A stretch of DNA of 64,000 nt from Lytechinus pictus (taxonomy: Eukaryota): the NCBI RefSeq assembly GCF_037042905.1, contig NW_026974140.1, positions 10,540,001 through 10,604,000 of the forward strand, given 5' to 3'. The translations under genes were made by a program, and so were the position numbers. The notes beneath the pieces are model-generated. The model saw only the letters and a program-made list of their open reading frames with translations. It did no database searches and was not told the origin of the DNA. Shown piece after piece: positions 1 through 13,000 of the stretch; the first letter of the stretch is position 1; every line of letters starts with the position of its first letter.

Positions 1-1704
1 CCAGGAAAACATCACTTAGGTTCAAATTGATGGTCCTTCTGGTCAACCCCCTTGGAAAAAAAGCTAGATCCGTCCCTGGATATCATACAATATTTTGCCC
101 AATTTCAGGACATAATACGACTTTAAGATATATTTCGTCATGTGTTTTATATCCACATTTTGTGATTAAATAAAATTGGAAATATTCGCAATTATCTATT
201 TTCAACACAAATCACTTTTCTGTTTTCCCACGAGACTGGCGGCATTAATATGCATTTCGTTGTCACTCCACCCTTTTTACGATTTAATTTAAACACTTTG
301 AATATATTAATTTTCTGGTGGGGTTCACTAACTTTTGAGCACCGGCCACTGTGGGGGGCAATGGGCAATTTCTTACCAACAAGAAGTCATATTGGGGAGG
401 GGTGGTCAATGTTGTTTTTATATCAACCAAAATGGGAACAAAATCTGGATACCCGCCCCCATTTAAATCATAGATCCACCACTGCACTAGACCCTAATTT
501 GAGAGTACAGAGTACATTTCCCATTAGACAGAAAAATCTTTTTCAGTCAGGATATGTTCCAATTAGATTTTTCTATCACTCTAGCTTCACAGCATCAAAA
601 CTGAAAAAAAAAAATTTAATCTCTACAAACAGACAAATTTTCCAATATGTTTTCTCATAGAACACAATCAAACCACATTCACACATCATGGTACAATCTT
701 CAGCTATATTTGATTTCTTTCTTCATTTACATAATTCACAATTTTTCAATGTTGTTGTACAGTAGTATATCATACACAATATAATCATACAGTTTAACAT
801 ATGCTACTTAGAGAACATATTCACCCTTAAAACATTAATATTCACCATAAATTAAAAACATTAATATGGGATAGATGTTATTCTAAAGGTATGATACAAA
901 TGTAATGTGCAACTTGATTCAACAACATAGCACCTCAGACAAGCACAAACACAAACTTAAAGAATTAATCTTGCTATCAAAACATTCAAAACATTGCACA
1001 ATGACTACCCATCCCAGAGGTACACAGCTTTCATAAGGCAAAAAATTATTCTTCTAATGCTCCATAAATTGGCAAAAATCCATAATTTCCTATTCGTTTT
1101 CATACTTAGAAAATAGATTAATGAGTCAAAATAATAGAAGACCAAATTTACTGAAAAGTTGCCAATTTGCATATTTAAACAGTGATTTTGTTGTTTTCAT
1201 CCCATTGCCAATTTGGAATGTGTGACGTACGTAATCTTGTTGATGATAATGCAGTGGGGCCATCCCCTGGGCAAGATCAAATTAATGCCTTGATGCATTA
1301 TTTGTGAACAAGCCATCATTTTTCTTAAATTTAACCTCCATTAAAAAAATGTCTAATTGTACTATGGATTTTAATCTCTTTGCCAGAGATTTTGATCCTG
1401 TATCTCTTAAAATTCAGTAAATTTGTATAAAAAAAATATAATAATAATAATAGCATAATAGCAAGCAATTTTGCACATTTGGGTTAAAAAAGTTATTAAT
1501 AAAGTAAACCTACCACAAATATACAAGCACACATTCAATAACATCTATCTAACGGGAACCTGCTGCAATTAGAAGCACGTTTTCATAAGCATACAAATCA
1601 TGGCATGAGCCAGGTTTTTCCAACATACTCTGTAACAGCAGTAATATTATATGGTAACTTCAAGTCATTTTAAAAACTCTTGAGGTGTCAGCTTTCATGG
1701 GGAA

Positions 1705-2250
1705 ATTGACACCATACAGTGTGTTTACCTGTTAACATCGAGTTTGTCACCATACAGTGTGTTTACCTTTAACATTGAGTTTGACACCATACAGTGTGTT
1801 TACCTTTAACATTGAGTTTGACACCATAGTGTGTTCACCTGTTAACATTGAGTTTGACACCATAGTGTGTTTACATGTTAACATTGAGTTTGACACCACA
1901 GTGTGTTTACCTGTTAACATTGAGTTTGACACCATAGTGTGTTTACATGTTAACATTTAGTTTGACACCACAGTGTGTTTACCTGTTAACATTGAGTTTG
2001 ACACCATGCATGGTGTTTAAAAGTTAACATTGAGTTTGACACTATACAGTTTGTTTACCTTTAACATTGAGTTTGACACTATACAGTGTGTTTACCTGTT
2101 AACATTGAGTTTGACACCATACAGTGTTTACCTGTTAACATTGAGTTTGACATCATGAATGGTGTTTACCTGTTAACATTGAGTTTGACACCATACAGTG
2201 TGTTCACTTTAACATTGAGTTTGACACCATGCATGGTGTTTACCTGTAAA
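1705..2250. repeat. Tandem minisatellite with a unit of about 36-38 bp, about 15 copies
   Basis: Unit ttaacattgagtttgacaccat(ac)agtgtgtttacct(g). Confidence 0.95.
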
Positions 2251-4154
2251 CAGGTGGTTCATGTATACAGGGGTGTTGCCAATCACACAGATTGGAATAC
2301 AAGCACAGACTCCAATTAAGTCTGTGTTTTTCTATATACAATTAATAAAACATAACAGCTTTGAATTGAGCCTATATGTAGCTCGATCAGACTGAATGCA
2401 AGCAGATAATACACAAAAACATACATTGTAATCTTAAAAGAAGTTGTTTTAGCAATCATGAGCACTATACATATTACAAATGTCTGCACCTAAAAGACTA
2501 TGATTATCATACACAGATTATATGACATTTTTACATATAAATGATATCTACCTACATAACTCAGCAATTTCTACCAAAATACAGTGACTATATATGCGTG
2601 AAATTCTACAAATGATATTCACATTGATCAATACAAAACACTAAACATGTACTAAGCGAGTGAAACATCCATTTTGCATAGACAATAATAACCAGAACAT
2701 CAAAGAATGTTCCTTTGGTGCATGTGGAAGTAACATACATTTCTTAATAAAATATATTTACTCAAAATATAAAAAGAATTTATTACCACACAAAATGCAG
2801 GACACAGCAAGATAGATGTAAAGGAATATCTAAAATGGTTGCGGTACATGAATGGATTCTGATATAGAGTGATAAAAAGTGAACAAAAATGTAGTTAATG
2901 TCTTTGAACAAATCCCAAATTTAAAGATTGCCAAGACATGAGAACATCCAAGTCAAACCAAACTGCACCTCCCAACAATTTAGGTATCGAAATGACTTTT
3001 TTTATGTCCTGCTTCCAAATTTAAAGAAACCAAGGCATGTACAATCAGTGCTGAAAATTTGAAAGAAAATAGAAAGATAACTCACACCAGCAGGTTGAAT
3101 GTGTAAAGTTCATCTTCACAGAGAATAATTTTCCTGGTATCGCATAGCACTCAATCTGCTCTTCTTTCAAAAATCACTACACAAATAGTCTAGCAGATTT
3201 TTACACAGGTCTGTACAGAACTTAGTTGAGACATGACAGTCATCTCTTCTTACAAAAATGCCAATCAAATTTGGTAAGAAAAATTATTCCCTGCCAAGTG
3301 TGACATTTTTCATCATTAAATACTGGAAGTCATGGACAAAAGTATAATGTTGGTTCCTAGAATATCCTCGTACCAATTATAAATATCATTAACACTTCAT
3401 AATACAGAACACACAAGAGTTTATCCACAACAATAATCTAACATTGATTCGACTAACACACTCTTCTGGCTAGATTCTACTACAAAATAAAACTACTTCA
3501 ATGATTTACCCTATGCTATCTAATCTTAAAATACAGTGGCACAGTAACTGGTAGACATATTTTGGAAAGCAAAAGGCAAAATATTTTGACACAGATTTTA
3601 AGATTCCCCCTTCTTTACTGAACATGTATCAATACATCTAGTCTAGGTAAAGCCAAGTCTAAAATAACTACTTGCATTCATTTACCAGCTCCACATGTTG
3701 TGTTTTCTTCTGTGAAAATCATGATTTTTCAATGATTTTTCAATTCACATTCCAGCCACGTCATTAGCACACAACAACAGTTTGCATTATTGTCCTACCA
3801 AAATATTGACAGTTTGACACCCTGTTATTGCATAGTATAAGGATAAAGGATCTGAAAAGTTCTACACTAACAACAATACAATATAAATCAGCTGAAATTT
3901 AAATACTCTGACTCGTTTAATTAATTTAACCATGGCTGAAATCCAAGGTTGTGTAGTAAAGTCCAAATCAATCCAATAAAAATGGCATATGCTTGACATG
4001 TTTCACTATCATATTCCTTCCATTTACTGGATTGTCTTGTCTTGTGTTTTCATAGAAAATAAAATCACAGTATAATAACAGAGTACTAGTAATAAACCAT
4101 GCCAGGTATTTCTTATTTTAAGGTTTTGACTCACAACTTTTGAGAACACTCAAA

Positions 4155-4355
4155 GGCCGGTATTCTGAAGTTGGGTTTGATTTAAACTCTGGTCTAAAGT
4201 TGTGATTTAAATATAGACAGCCAAAAGTTGCAAAGTTCCCTAAAAGTAGATGTTCAATGTATCAGCTCATTTGACTCTGAAATAATTCTTAACTGTTTGT
4301 GAAGGATAAGAATTAGACCATGGTCTACGTAAAACATGACTTCAGAATACCGGCC
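4155..4355. mobile_element. Small Harbinger-like MITE
   Basis: TIR ggccggtattctgaagt / acttcagaataccggcc; aaa on both flanks. Confidence 0.7.
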
Positions 4356-5635
4356 AAAGTGTTTGATACCCATAGTTCAAAGACATATTTACCTGTAAAC
4401 AGCAGTTGAGGCTGAAACCTGCAACTTCTTGGTAAAACCAGGTACTCATACTTCTCAACCAGTAATTTTTACAGACAGTTGAAAAAAAAGTAAAAAGATA
4501 TCATAACCACAATCTCCTCATTTTGGGAAGTTACAGGAAGCAAGTGACACAGGTTAAATTTACTTCTAGCCTAAAACATGTCAGTCATTTCCACCTACGC
4601 CTTTTTTCTTCAAATAATTCATATGACATATATCCTTAAACAGGAAGAACACATTAATAGCTACAATGTAAAAATCAATAACACTGACATAGATGTCATG
4701 TTTATTGTTTCCCCTTTATATAGTCAAATCAAATTATATGCATGGCATAAATATATACACATTGATATATATGTTCTTGCAAAAAATGTGCTTAAAATGA
4801 ATAATAGTGAATTCAGGAAAATATCATATGATCATAAACATGTAACAATTACATAACATTTTGTTTTTATTTGATGCAATGGATTATACACTTGTGTGCC
4901 AAGCTGCAGATGTTTGCCATAAGAAAAGCCTGGCAATATATTTACAAGATCATGGGAATAGACATTCTACACCAAGCCAAATAAAAAAATACTCATTGAA
5001 TATCTTTCAGATTTTTACAATGAATACTCCAAAGGTTACAGAAATATTGTTATTATTATTGACATGAACATCAGATTCAAGAACAGACACCCACTACATA
5101 TCTCAGCACATGGTGTGTCATAAAAAAAGCTTTACATGATTTTGAGAGAGGAATGTTAAACAAATAGATACATAACTTTCTTTTGTTAGTTATAAACAAA
5201 AGAAGGTGATGAATTAGATGAACCCCAAATCCAAGTACATGGATAGTAAAGGCTCTCTCAGTCATACACTGCATAACAATAGGATGCATACCACGGTTCT
5301 CTGTTTGACAGGTGAGAAACACTAACCCATGTAATAATAATATTATAATGATGTACATACTTTAAATGGCATGTACGTGTAAAGGGGGACCATGTCTAAC
5401 CATGTCTAAACTTCTCAACACTTAAAAACATCGCTAAGATTTGTCTTGCAATATCTGAATGAGGCCAATGGGTAAGAAACAATACATTTCTATAAAAAGG
5501 AATGGCAAACTTTTGTTACTACAGTCATACTTGTGTTTTAAGGCCATCCAAGGGAAATAGAAAAGTGGCCACTGCAGATATTTTGCCTTTATAAACAGGT
5601 TCTATAACACACATTGAACAAATATAATAATAGCA

Positions 5636-5902
5636 ATAATAATAGCTGGATTTATAAAGCATTTTTGCCTGAGGATACAAAGCGCTGCTATTATTACCCC
5701 GGCTTGAGCTCGAGCTACCATCACCGGCGCTCAGTGCATTCAAGGAATTGATCTTGCCGGGTACTCATTCACCTCACCTGGGTCGAGTGCAGCACAGTGT
5801 GGATATATTTCTTGCTGAAGGAAAACATGCCATGGCTAGGATTCGAACCCACAACCCTCTGTTTGAAAGGCGAGAGTCAGAACCACTCGACCACGATGCA
5901 CC
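5636..5902 (-). mobile_element. tRNA-derived SINE, near full length
   Basis: Minus strand has A-box (gtggtcgagtgg) and B-box (ggttcgaatcc) motifs, the core acccaggtgaggtgaatgagtacc and a (tat)n tail. Confidence 0.8.
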
Positions 5903-8248
5903 CGTACGGTCACCAGAGGAGGTGATTGGAACTATGGTTTCCAAAGTGACACCGGAATGCGACTATTTTCCTGAGGGGCACAGCACCAAAGAAAAATAGT
6001 TGCATTCGCGTCACTGAGGGATAGTTAGTTTATAGATAGATAGCTTTGAACTAATGTGATGTCTGGATTCATGGCATTTTTGCCAATTTCGTGACATTGA
6101 TTGGAACTATCTTTGGGGAAAATGACAGGTTCAGACCAATCATGTTTTCAGATTATTATTATGACGGATAAAATCCTTTCTATTGTGAGACAATTTTGTA
6201 TTAACTATTATAGACAGAGGATTGCTATGACAGGTTTGACTGTATTTTGGTCCTGATAAAGGGAATAGCTTTTGGAGGGATGAAAATTGAATGAATGAAA
6301 TTAGATTATAATAAAAAAAAGTTTTTAAAAAGCAGTGTTAGTGGCAGTTGAGAATATTAAAGGCAAGAAATTATAAAATTGCACTTTGAAAGGTATATAC
6401 AGCAAACAAATAAACTGTTTGTGAAAGAAATACAAAAGGTATCATTACTTTCTTATTAACAGTCATGATATTTTACATATGAGTTGAGAACTAAAACCTC
6501 GCTTAAACACTTTACAGCCATGTGGAAACATTGCACATTTGATATAAAAAAGATTAACTTTCTGTTTCCAAATATACTTCATATCTTGCCAATGAAAAAA
6601 ATCAAATATGTCTTCTCATTTATAGTTCTTGTTCAAATACATGTATGCATGCACAGCAGCCCAATAGTACAGAAGCAGTCTGCCAATTAAATATGGTGCA
6701 TTTAAGGCTTGGCTAAAGCTTTAAGAGGTTCTATGATGTTTATTCCTGGGACAATTGCTCCTACTGAAAATGCACACATTGAGCCAAACATAAACCTGAG
6801 CTTCAAACCTTACCTTAACATCAAAATCTTAATCTTCACATGATTCTGAGCTGAAAACCCTATCACAACCATTAACCATCACCTTTTTATCTTCAGAGAA
6901 ATTAGCGGAGGAGCAATTCTCGTAAGAGCAAATATCACCTTATCAAGTAAGAACCAACTAACATTCCCATATACAGTTAAACATTAGTGGAGTGACCATG
7001 TTTTTCATCTGCTAACCCTTCGTAAAAATTGAAATTTAACTTTGATAATATATACATCTAGTGCACTTTCTCTCTTGTTTTATTTTTAAAAGAGCGATTT
7101 GCACACTTATCTCACAAATTTTGTGACTGAATTTTCAGACCATTCCAGGCTTAGAAATCGTTTTAACTCAATAAGAAAAAAAAATGCAGCTACATGTACA
7201 ACATGTATTTTTACTGTTGTTTTTACAATTTATTTTGATCCCACCAAAATAAATTGTCATGTAAAAATGTAATATCATGAAATATGTAGCAACTAAAATA
7301 TGTCATTCCAACCATCCACACAGTCTTAGAACGTATAGGTTCATTTAATATATACGGTAGTAATAAACTGGAACTGAATAAACTCTCTAAAACGGCTTTA
7401 AAAACCTCCCAGAACCAATTCAGCCTTTGCAAAAGTCCTGATGCAAATTCTTTAAAAGTTGCCCGAGATATTAGGGAATTTTAAGGGCAGCAAGATTGGG
7501 GTGGGCACCACCCCATCTTCCAAAGATTTAAGACTGATCCATCCCAAACTATAGAAAGCTAGCAATCCCAACATCTAAAATGCATATACATGTATCTCTG
7601 TCAAACACAACATTGATGGCTTTCCATAGTTGGTGTTGATTGGATCAATCAACTCTTTGCAAGAGGGGGCCCTGATCATCTATGCAGCGCCTTCTTCACA
7701 AGTCATTAATCATCATCACCAAGCCTCTCAGACATGTGACTTTTGACAGAATACTGAGACACAGGTTACATTTGATACAGTTGTTATGTTTGAACATGAC
7801 TATAAAGACTTTTCAGATAAACATAATATTGCAGTATTGCAGATTGCACATAATTTTATAGGCAGTGGAGTTTTAATGATAAATCTTTTAATACATGGCA
7901 AGAAAATCTATTGCAAATTATTGAATGCAGATACTTCAATACTTTTTGTTTCATAACAATATCATTTGATTAGATAATACTTATACTGACAAGTTAACCC
8001 CCAAAATACTTGTTCAAAGAGTTCTACAATGAAAGTCATTTTACTGATGAAAAATTGATTTTTTTTTAAAATCAATATTGATGACTTCATGGACCTCAAG
8101 TTGAACTAAAAGGTGGAGAGAAATATTTAAAGATCTATAGTTGAGACGATGATTAACTATTGGAGTGCATAATTATATGTTGTACTTGCATATTTTACAG
8201 CTTAACTACATGCTAAATTAACACCACATGAAAGGAATACTTTCAATA

Positions 8249-9190
8249 AACAAGTGGAATGCCTCTGGCCGTCTCACCTGCATCACGCGATTCAATATAG
8301 CAGCAGTGCTGATTTTGAAAACTACTATAACTCGCACAAGATGTTCAGTGATACTTGGTTACTCTTATTTCCACGTTTTATGAACTAGACCCATACACTT
8401 ATAGAGATATGATGGTAATTCAACAAATACCCCCAACGTGGCCAAAGTTCATTGACCTTACATGACCTTTGACCTTGATCATGTGACCTGAAACTCGCAC
8501 AGGATGTTCAGTGATACTTGATTACTCTTATGTCCAAGTTTCAAGAGAAAGATCCATCAACTTTCCAAGTTATGATGGTAATTCAACAGATACCCCCATT
8601 ATGGCCAAAGTTCATTGACCTTTGACCTTGGTCATGTGACCTAAAATGCGCAAAGGATGTTCAGTGATACTTCATTACTCTTATGTCCAAGTTTTATGAA
8701 CTAGACCAACACACTTTCAAAGTTATGGCGGTAATTCAACAAATACCCCAATTTGACCAAAGTTCATTGACCCTAAATGACCTTTGACCTTGGTCATGTG
8801 ACGTGAAACTCATGCAGGATGTTCAGTGATACTTGATTAACCTTATGTATAAGTTTCATGAACTAGGTCCATATATTTTCTAAGTTATGATGACATTTCA
8901 AAAACTTAACCTTAGGTTAAGATTTTGATGTTGATTCCCCCAACATGGTCTAAGTTCATTGACCCTAAATGACCATTGACCATGGTCATGTGACATGAAA
9001 CTCAAGCAGGATGTTCAGTAATACTTGATTAACCTTATGGCCAAGTTTCATGAACTAGGTCCATATACTTTCTAAGTTATGCTGTCATTTCAAAAACTTA
9101 ACCTCAGGTTAAGATTTGGTGTTGACGCCGCCGCCGCCGTCGGAAAAGCGGCGCCTATAGTCTCACTCTGCTATGCAGGTGAGACAAAAA
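8249..9190. mobile_element. Helentron/HINE (DINE-1-like) non-autonomous element with about 5 internal units of 155-190 bp
   Basis: Subterminal IR gtctcacctgcat / atgcaggtgagac, terminal hairpin, tgaccttgacc-rich tandem cores; a second family member lies at 56691-57232. The class assignment is an inference. Confidence 0.7.
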
Positions 9191-9209
9191 TCGGGCTGGA
9201 TTAATTGGA

Positions 9210-9770
9210 GTTCGATTTGATGGTATCATCAGAGATAGTAGTTTTGATGACATCCATATTCAAAGGTAGTGTGATGATAACATCAGTAATGCCAACCTTT
9301 GCAGCATGTACAGTCAGCCGGAGTCTATGATGATATCATTACAGAAGTCAGCCTTTAAACAAGTACTGACTACAGAAGTGCCTCTTGTGATATCATCAAA
9401 GAGGCCAACCCTACTCTGGCGTAGTCTCTCTGATATCATCAAAAGAGCCAACCCTACCCTTGAACTGCCTGGCATATCGTCTTTGATGATATCAAAAGAG
9501 GCCAACCCTATCGCTGTACAGCCTGGCGTAGTGTCTTTGATGATATAATCAGAGAGGCCAACCCTACCCTTGAACAGCTTGGCACAGTGTCTTTGATGAT
9601 ATCATCAGAGTTTAACTGGGACTTAATACAGTGCTTCAGAATATCTGATGATACAATCGTAGATATTTGTAATACACAGATGAACGAACCTGATACCATC
9701 ACATAGTTCAACTACATGTTGATATTGACGAAGTGCCTTTAATGGCGTCATCAGATCTTACCATTATGAA
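9210..9770 (-). repeat. Decayed tandem array (units about 45-60 bp) related to the RAB30 terminal codons
   Basis: Recurrent (t)tgatgatatc core, four ggccaaccct-type motifs, and copies of aaaggctgact / acatgctgcaaagg on the mRNA strand. Confidence 0.75.
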
Positions 9771-9819
9771 GTTGAAGAAACAAATTAACAAGAAGCATTT
9801 TACAACAGGATAGGAAGAG

Positions 9820-10061
9820 TCAGCCTTTACAGCATGTTGAGACTGAAGTAGTATCTTTGATGATATCTTCATGATCATCATGTCTGATCTCACCATTTCT
9901 TACATTATTGGTTAATTCAACTGCAATGTCCAGGAAGAGGCGATCCACATTGTCAGACTCTTTGGCTGATGTCTCCAGGAAACGCATCGAGTGGGAATCT
10001 GCAAAGCTTTGTCCATCTTCTTCGTTCACCTCTCGATCCTTGGCAAGGTCAATCTTATTAC
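9820..10061 (-). CDS. RAB30: RAB30 last coding exon
   Basis: aag|GT AAT AAG gives GNKID and ETSAK; ends TCCKG-TGA. Confidence 0.93.
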
Positions 10062-13000
10062 CTTCACATCAAAAAGAAAAAGAAAATAAATAATGACATG
10101 TTTTACCAGGGTCCTAGCAAGCCCTGCTTAACATGATAATGTTATTATCACCCAGCTTTAGTACGGCTACCTTGATCGGGCACTCAAGCATTCAAGGATT
10201 TTTCTTCCTACCGGGTACCCATTCACCTCACCTGGCGTGAGCACAGCACAATATGGGTACATTTCTTGCTGAAGGAAAAGACACCATGGCTTAGGATCAG
10301 ACCCACGTCCCTCAGATTGACAGTTGAGAGTCATTACCACTAGCCGCCATTTCATTACGCACATTAATACATTTAAAACACAGAGAAAGTCAGAGTCAGA
10401 GTTTTCAACACATTGAGTGGTATTCTGATAACTAAACCCAAGTTTGAACTCAAGACTAAACACACACTTCAGTTCCACATTTCTATGGAATACTACTTTT
10501 TTTTTTTTATTCAGACAAAGTGATTTTACCCCCAAAAGTTTAAATTGATTATATACTCATATGATGTTTGTACCTGGTGACATTGATGGAAAATTGCATT
10601 CCAGGTGGGTGTTTCATAAAGCTGTTTGTAAGATAGGAATGACTTTACGCTGACTGGTGATCCTTTCTTGTACTATGTGATATCCCTATGTAATCGAGTT
10701 ATGACCTAAGAACATGTTACAGCAGGCGCGTAGCCAGGGGGGGGGCGGTCGCCCCCCCCCCCCCAAACGTCCCCAAAAAGAAAAAAAAAAGGGAAAAAAG
10801 AGAGGAGAAAAGGAAAAGGGAAGGGAGGAAAGGGAAGAAAGGTAGCTTTTTTTTTTTTATTCTTTATTTTTTTTCTCAAAAGAGAAACTCCTTCACTCAT
10901 GCTCTAAATTTATATATGAATTTTGCTTCCGCGCTGCGAGCGGTTAAATGACAATATTGAAGTTCTCCATTGTTTTCCCCACCCTTTCTCTAACCCTGTT
11001 TTTCCACCTCAGCTATATGTGTTAATTGCCAGTTATATTTCAAATGTACACATTAGGGCATGGAATTTGAGTAAGATTAGGCCGAACTATATGAAGTTAT
11101 CTTTTTTTTTTTATTGATCGTGCAACTTCTGGTCAGGTCGGCTCCGGGCGGGTAAAATCTTTATATCAATTTCTGCCGTCACCTCCATAAAGTCAACTTT
11201 TCCCGCTTTTCAGCTCATTACTAAACAACCATAATTTGGGGGCAAACAGGTTCCTAATTTAAAAAGAGGAAGGGATAAAATTTGTGTCGTATTAAACAAA
11301 AAAGTAAATTTTTATCAAATTCTATTAAACTTCAGATCATTTCCCTGCACATTCATCTCCTGTCCTGTTTTGCGCTCTCAGTTTGAAATTTTGAATGACA
11401 CTTGAGTTTCTTTATAGTTCAAAATGAAGCGCTTCAGGATAAGTCAAAGAAATTAGGCATCCTTTTTTATATAATTTCAATAAATCACAGAAGTTTCAAC
11501 TTTTTGCGCACTATTTTCCTTGTAAGTTCAATAATCTTATAAAATCAATTGAATTAGAGCCGATGGGGTATTAGAGATATCTGCATTTGATGAAACGTCC
11601 GCCCTTTGAAATTTCAGAGTTTCATTGCTCTGCGCGGGGAGGAATATCTTCCTCCCGGCATATACACTTCTTCTCCTCTGTTTTGCGAGTTAAAGATATG
11701 CACTGTCGCTAAATTGTTTGTAATGAAATCTGATCTTTCCAAGGGAAATATTCAATGTATCTTTGAGAATACCCTTTTCTCGGGACCCTTTTCATGGCAA
11801 AAAATTGATAACACACTTTAGCTTCCGCGCTTCGCGCAGGTTTATTATTATTTCAATTTCCTCCATTGTATTCCTTTTTTGTGCGTTCACAATCACTTTT
11901 GAAAACAACGTTCATGAAAACAAGGTTAAAAATCACAATATAGTCAACTGAATTGGAGCTGATATAAGTACGAGAGACAAGAGAGACGGCTCCTTTTCAT
12001 TTTAATTTATGAAACACCAAAAGCTTCGCGCTTCGCACAGGAGGGGGAAACTCCCCCTCCCTGCACCCACCCACTAGAGAGCGCGCTCTGTAAGTGTTGG
12101 CACGCTTCGCATGCATTTACCGCCCCCTCCAAAATGAAATCCTGGCTACGCGGTTGTGTTACAGTCATGAGTAAAGCAACTTTATGAACAGCTTTATGAA
12201 ACACCCAACTAGAATATCATTTGCTATCACTGTTACATTCACCAAGTACATCCTATGGTGAAAATTTTATTAAACATTATTGTTATAAAATAAGAATAAC
12301 ACATTTGATGATATGAATAATTATATAATCAAAGTGGCCTGTAAAAGATCACCTGGTGACTGGTCTATCTAAACAATTGCTCTGAGAATACCTTGTTTTC
12401 ACCTCCTGAACTGTACATGTACATGTAGCAAGGTATTTCCTTTATTAAAGGTTACCATACATCAGGTCAAATGGAAGGGGGAAAATATCAGTTTATTTTT
12501 AACAATGGGGATAATGTCTGAGTTTTACATTCTCATCTCACTAATTTATAGCAGGTTAAGGCAGGTACTGAAATATAGTCATGCAAAATAACTCCCGCAC
12601 TTGACACTCTTGCTCATCCCACCTATCCCTACATCACACCTTTCCAATATTCTCATAATTCACAATCATGATGATCTCACATTGAGTCACGGTTCCCTGC
12701 CTAAAATCTCATGCAGCACTGGTCTTTGAATTCGGCATCTCTGGAAATTACAGAAGACTCTGCATAAGTTGAATAATCGCCAAACAGAACAGATTAAGCA
12801 GAACTAACATAAGATCTTCTTTTCACATTTCATCCAAGTTAAACAGATTTCCATGGTTCCAAGAGATTTTTGGCAGAGTCACCTGTATAGTGAGGCATAG
12901 ATTTTACAAATAATTTGAAAGGTGGTCTTAAAATCGGAAGAGCATTTTCTTCGGTTGCTCCACGTCATTGGAATTCTCTACCAATCCAATCTACTCATCT

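Noticed and set aside
250-660. 136-aa ORF and most other 60-140 aa ORFs in the track
   Set aside because: No recognisable domains or splice-consistent context; expected by chance in AT-rich non-coding DNA.
1705-2319. CRISPR array or repeat-protein ORFs (1747-1960, 2086-2319)
   Set aside because: The variable part is only a few bases, and the ORFs are by-products of the roughly 36-bp periodicity.
5830-5902. tRNA gene (also about 50225-50300)
   Set aside because: The A/B boxes are attached to a shared core and tail and no full cloverleaf is evident, so these are SINE heads.
9314-9896. Separate small genes from the ORFs at 9314-9505, 9508-9711 and 9708-9896
   Set aside because: Better explained as decayed duplicates of the RAB30 terminus; no in-frame splice path was found.
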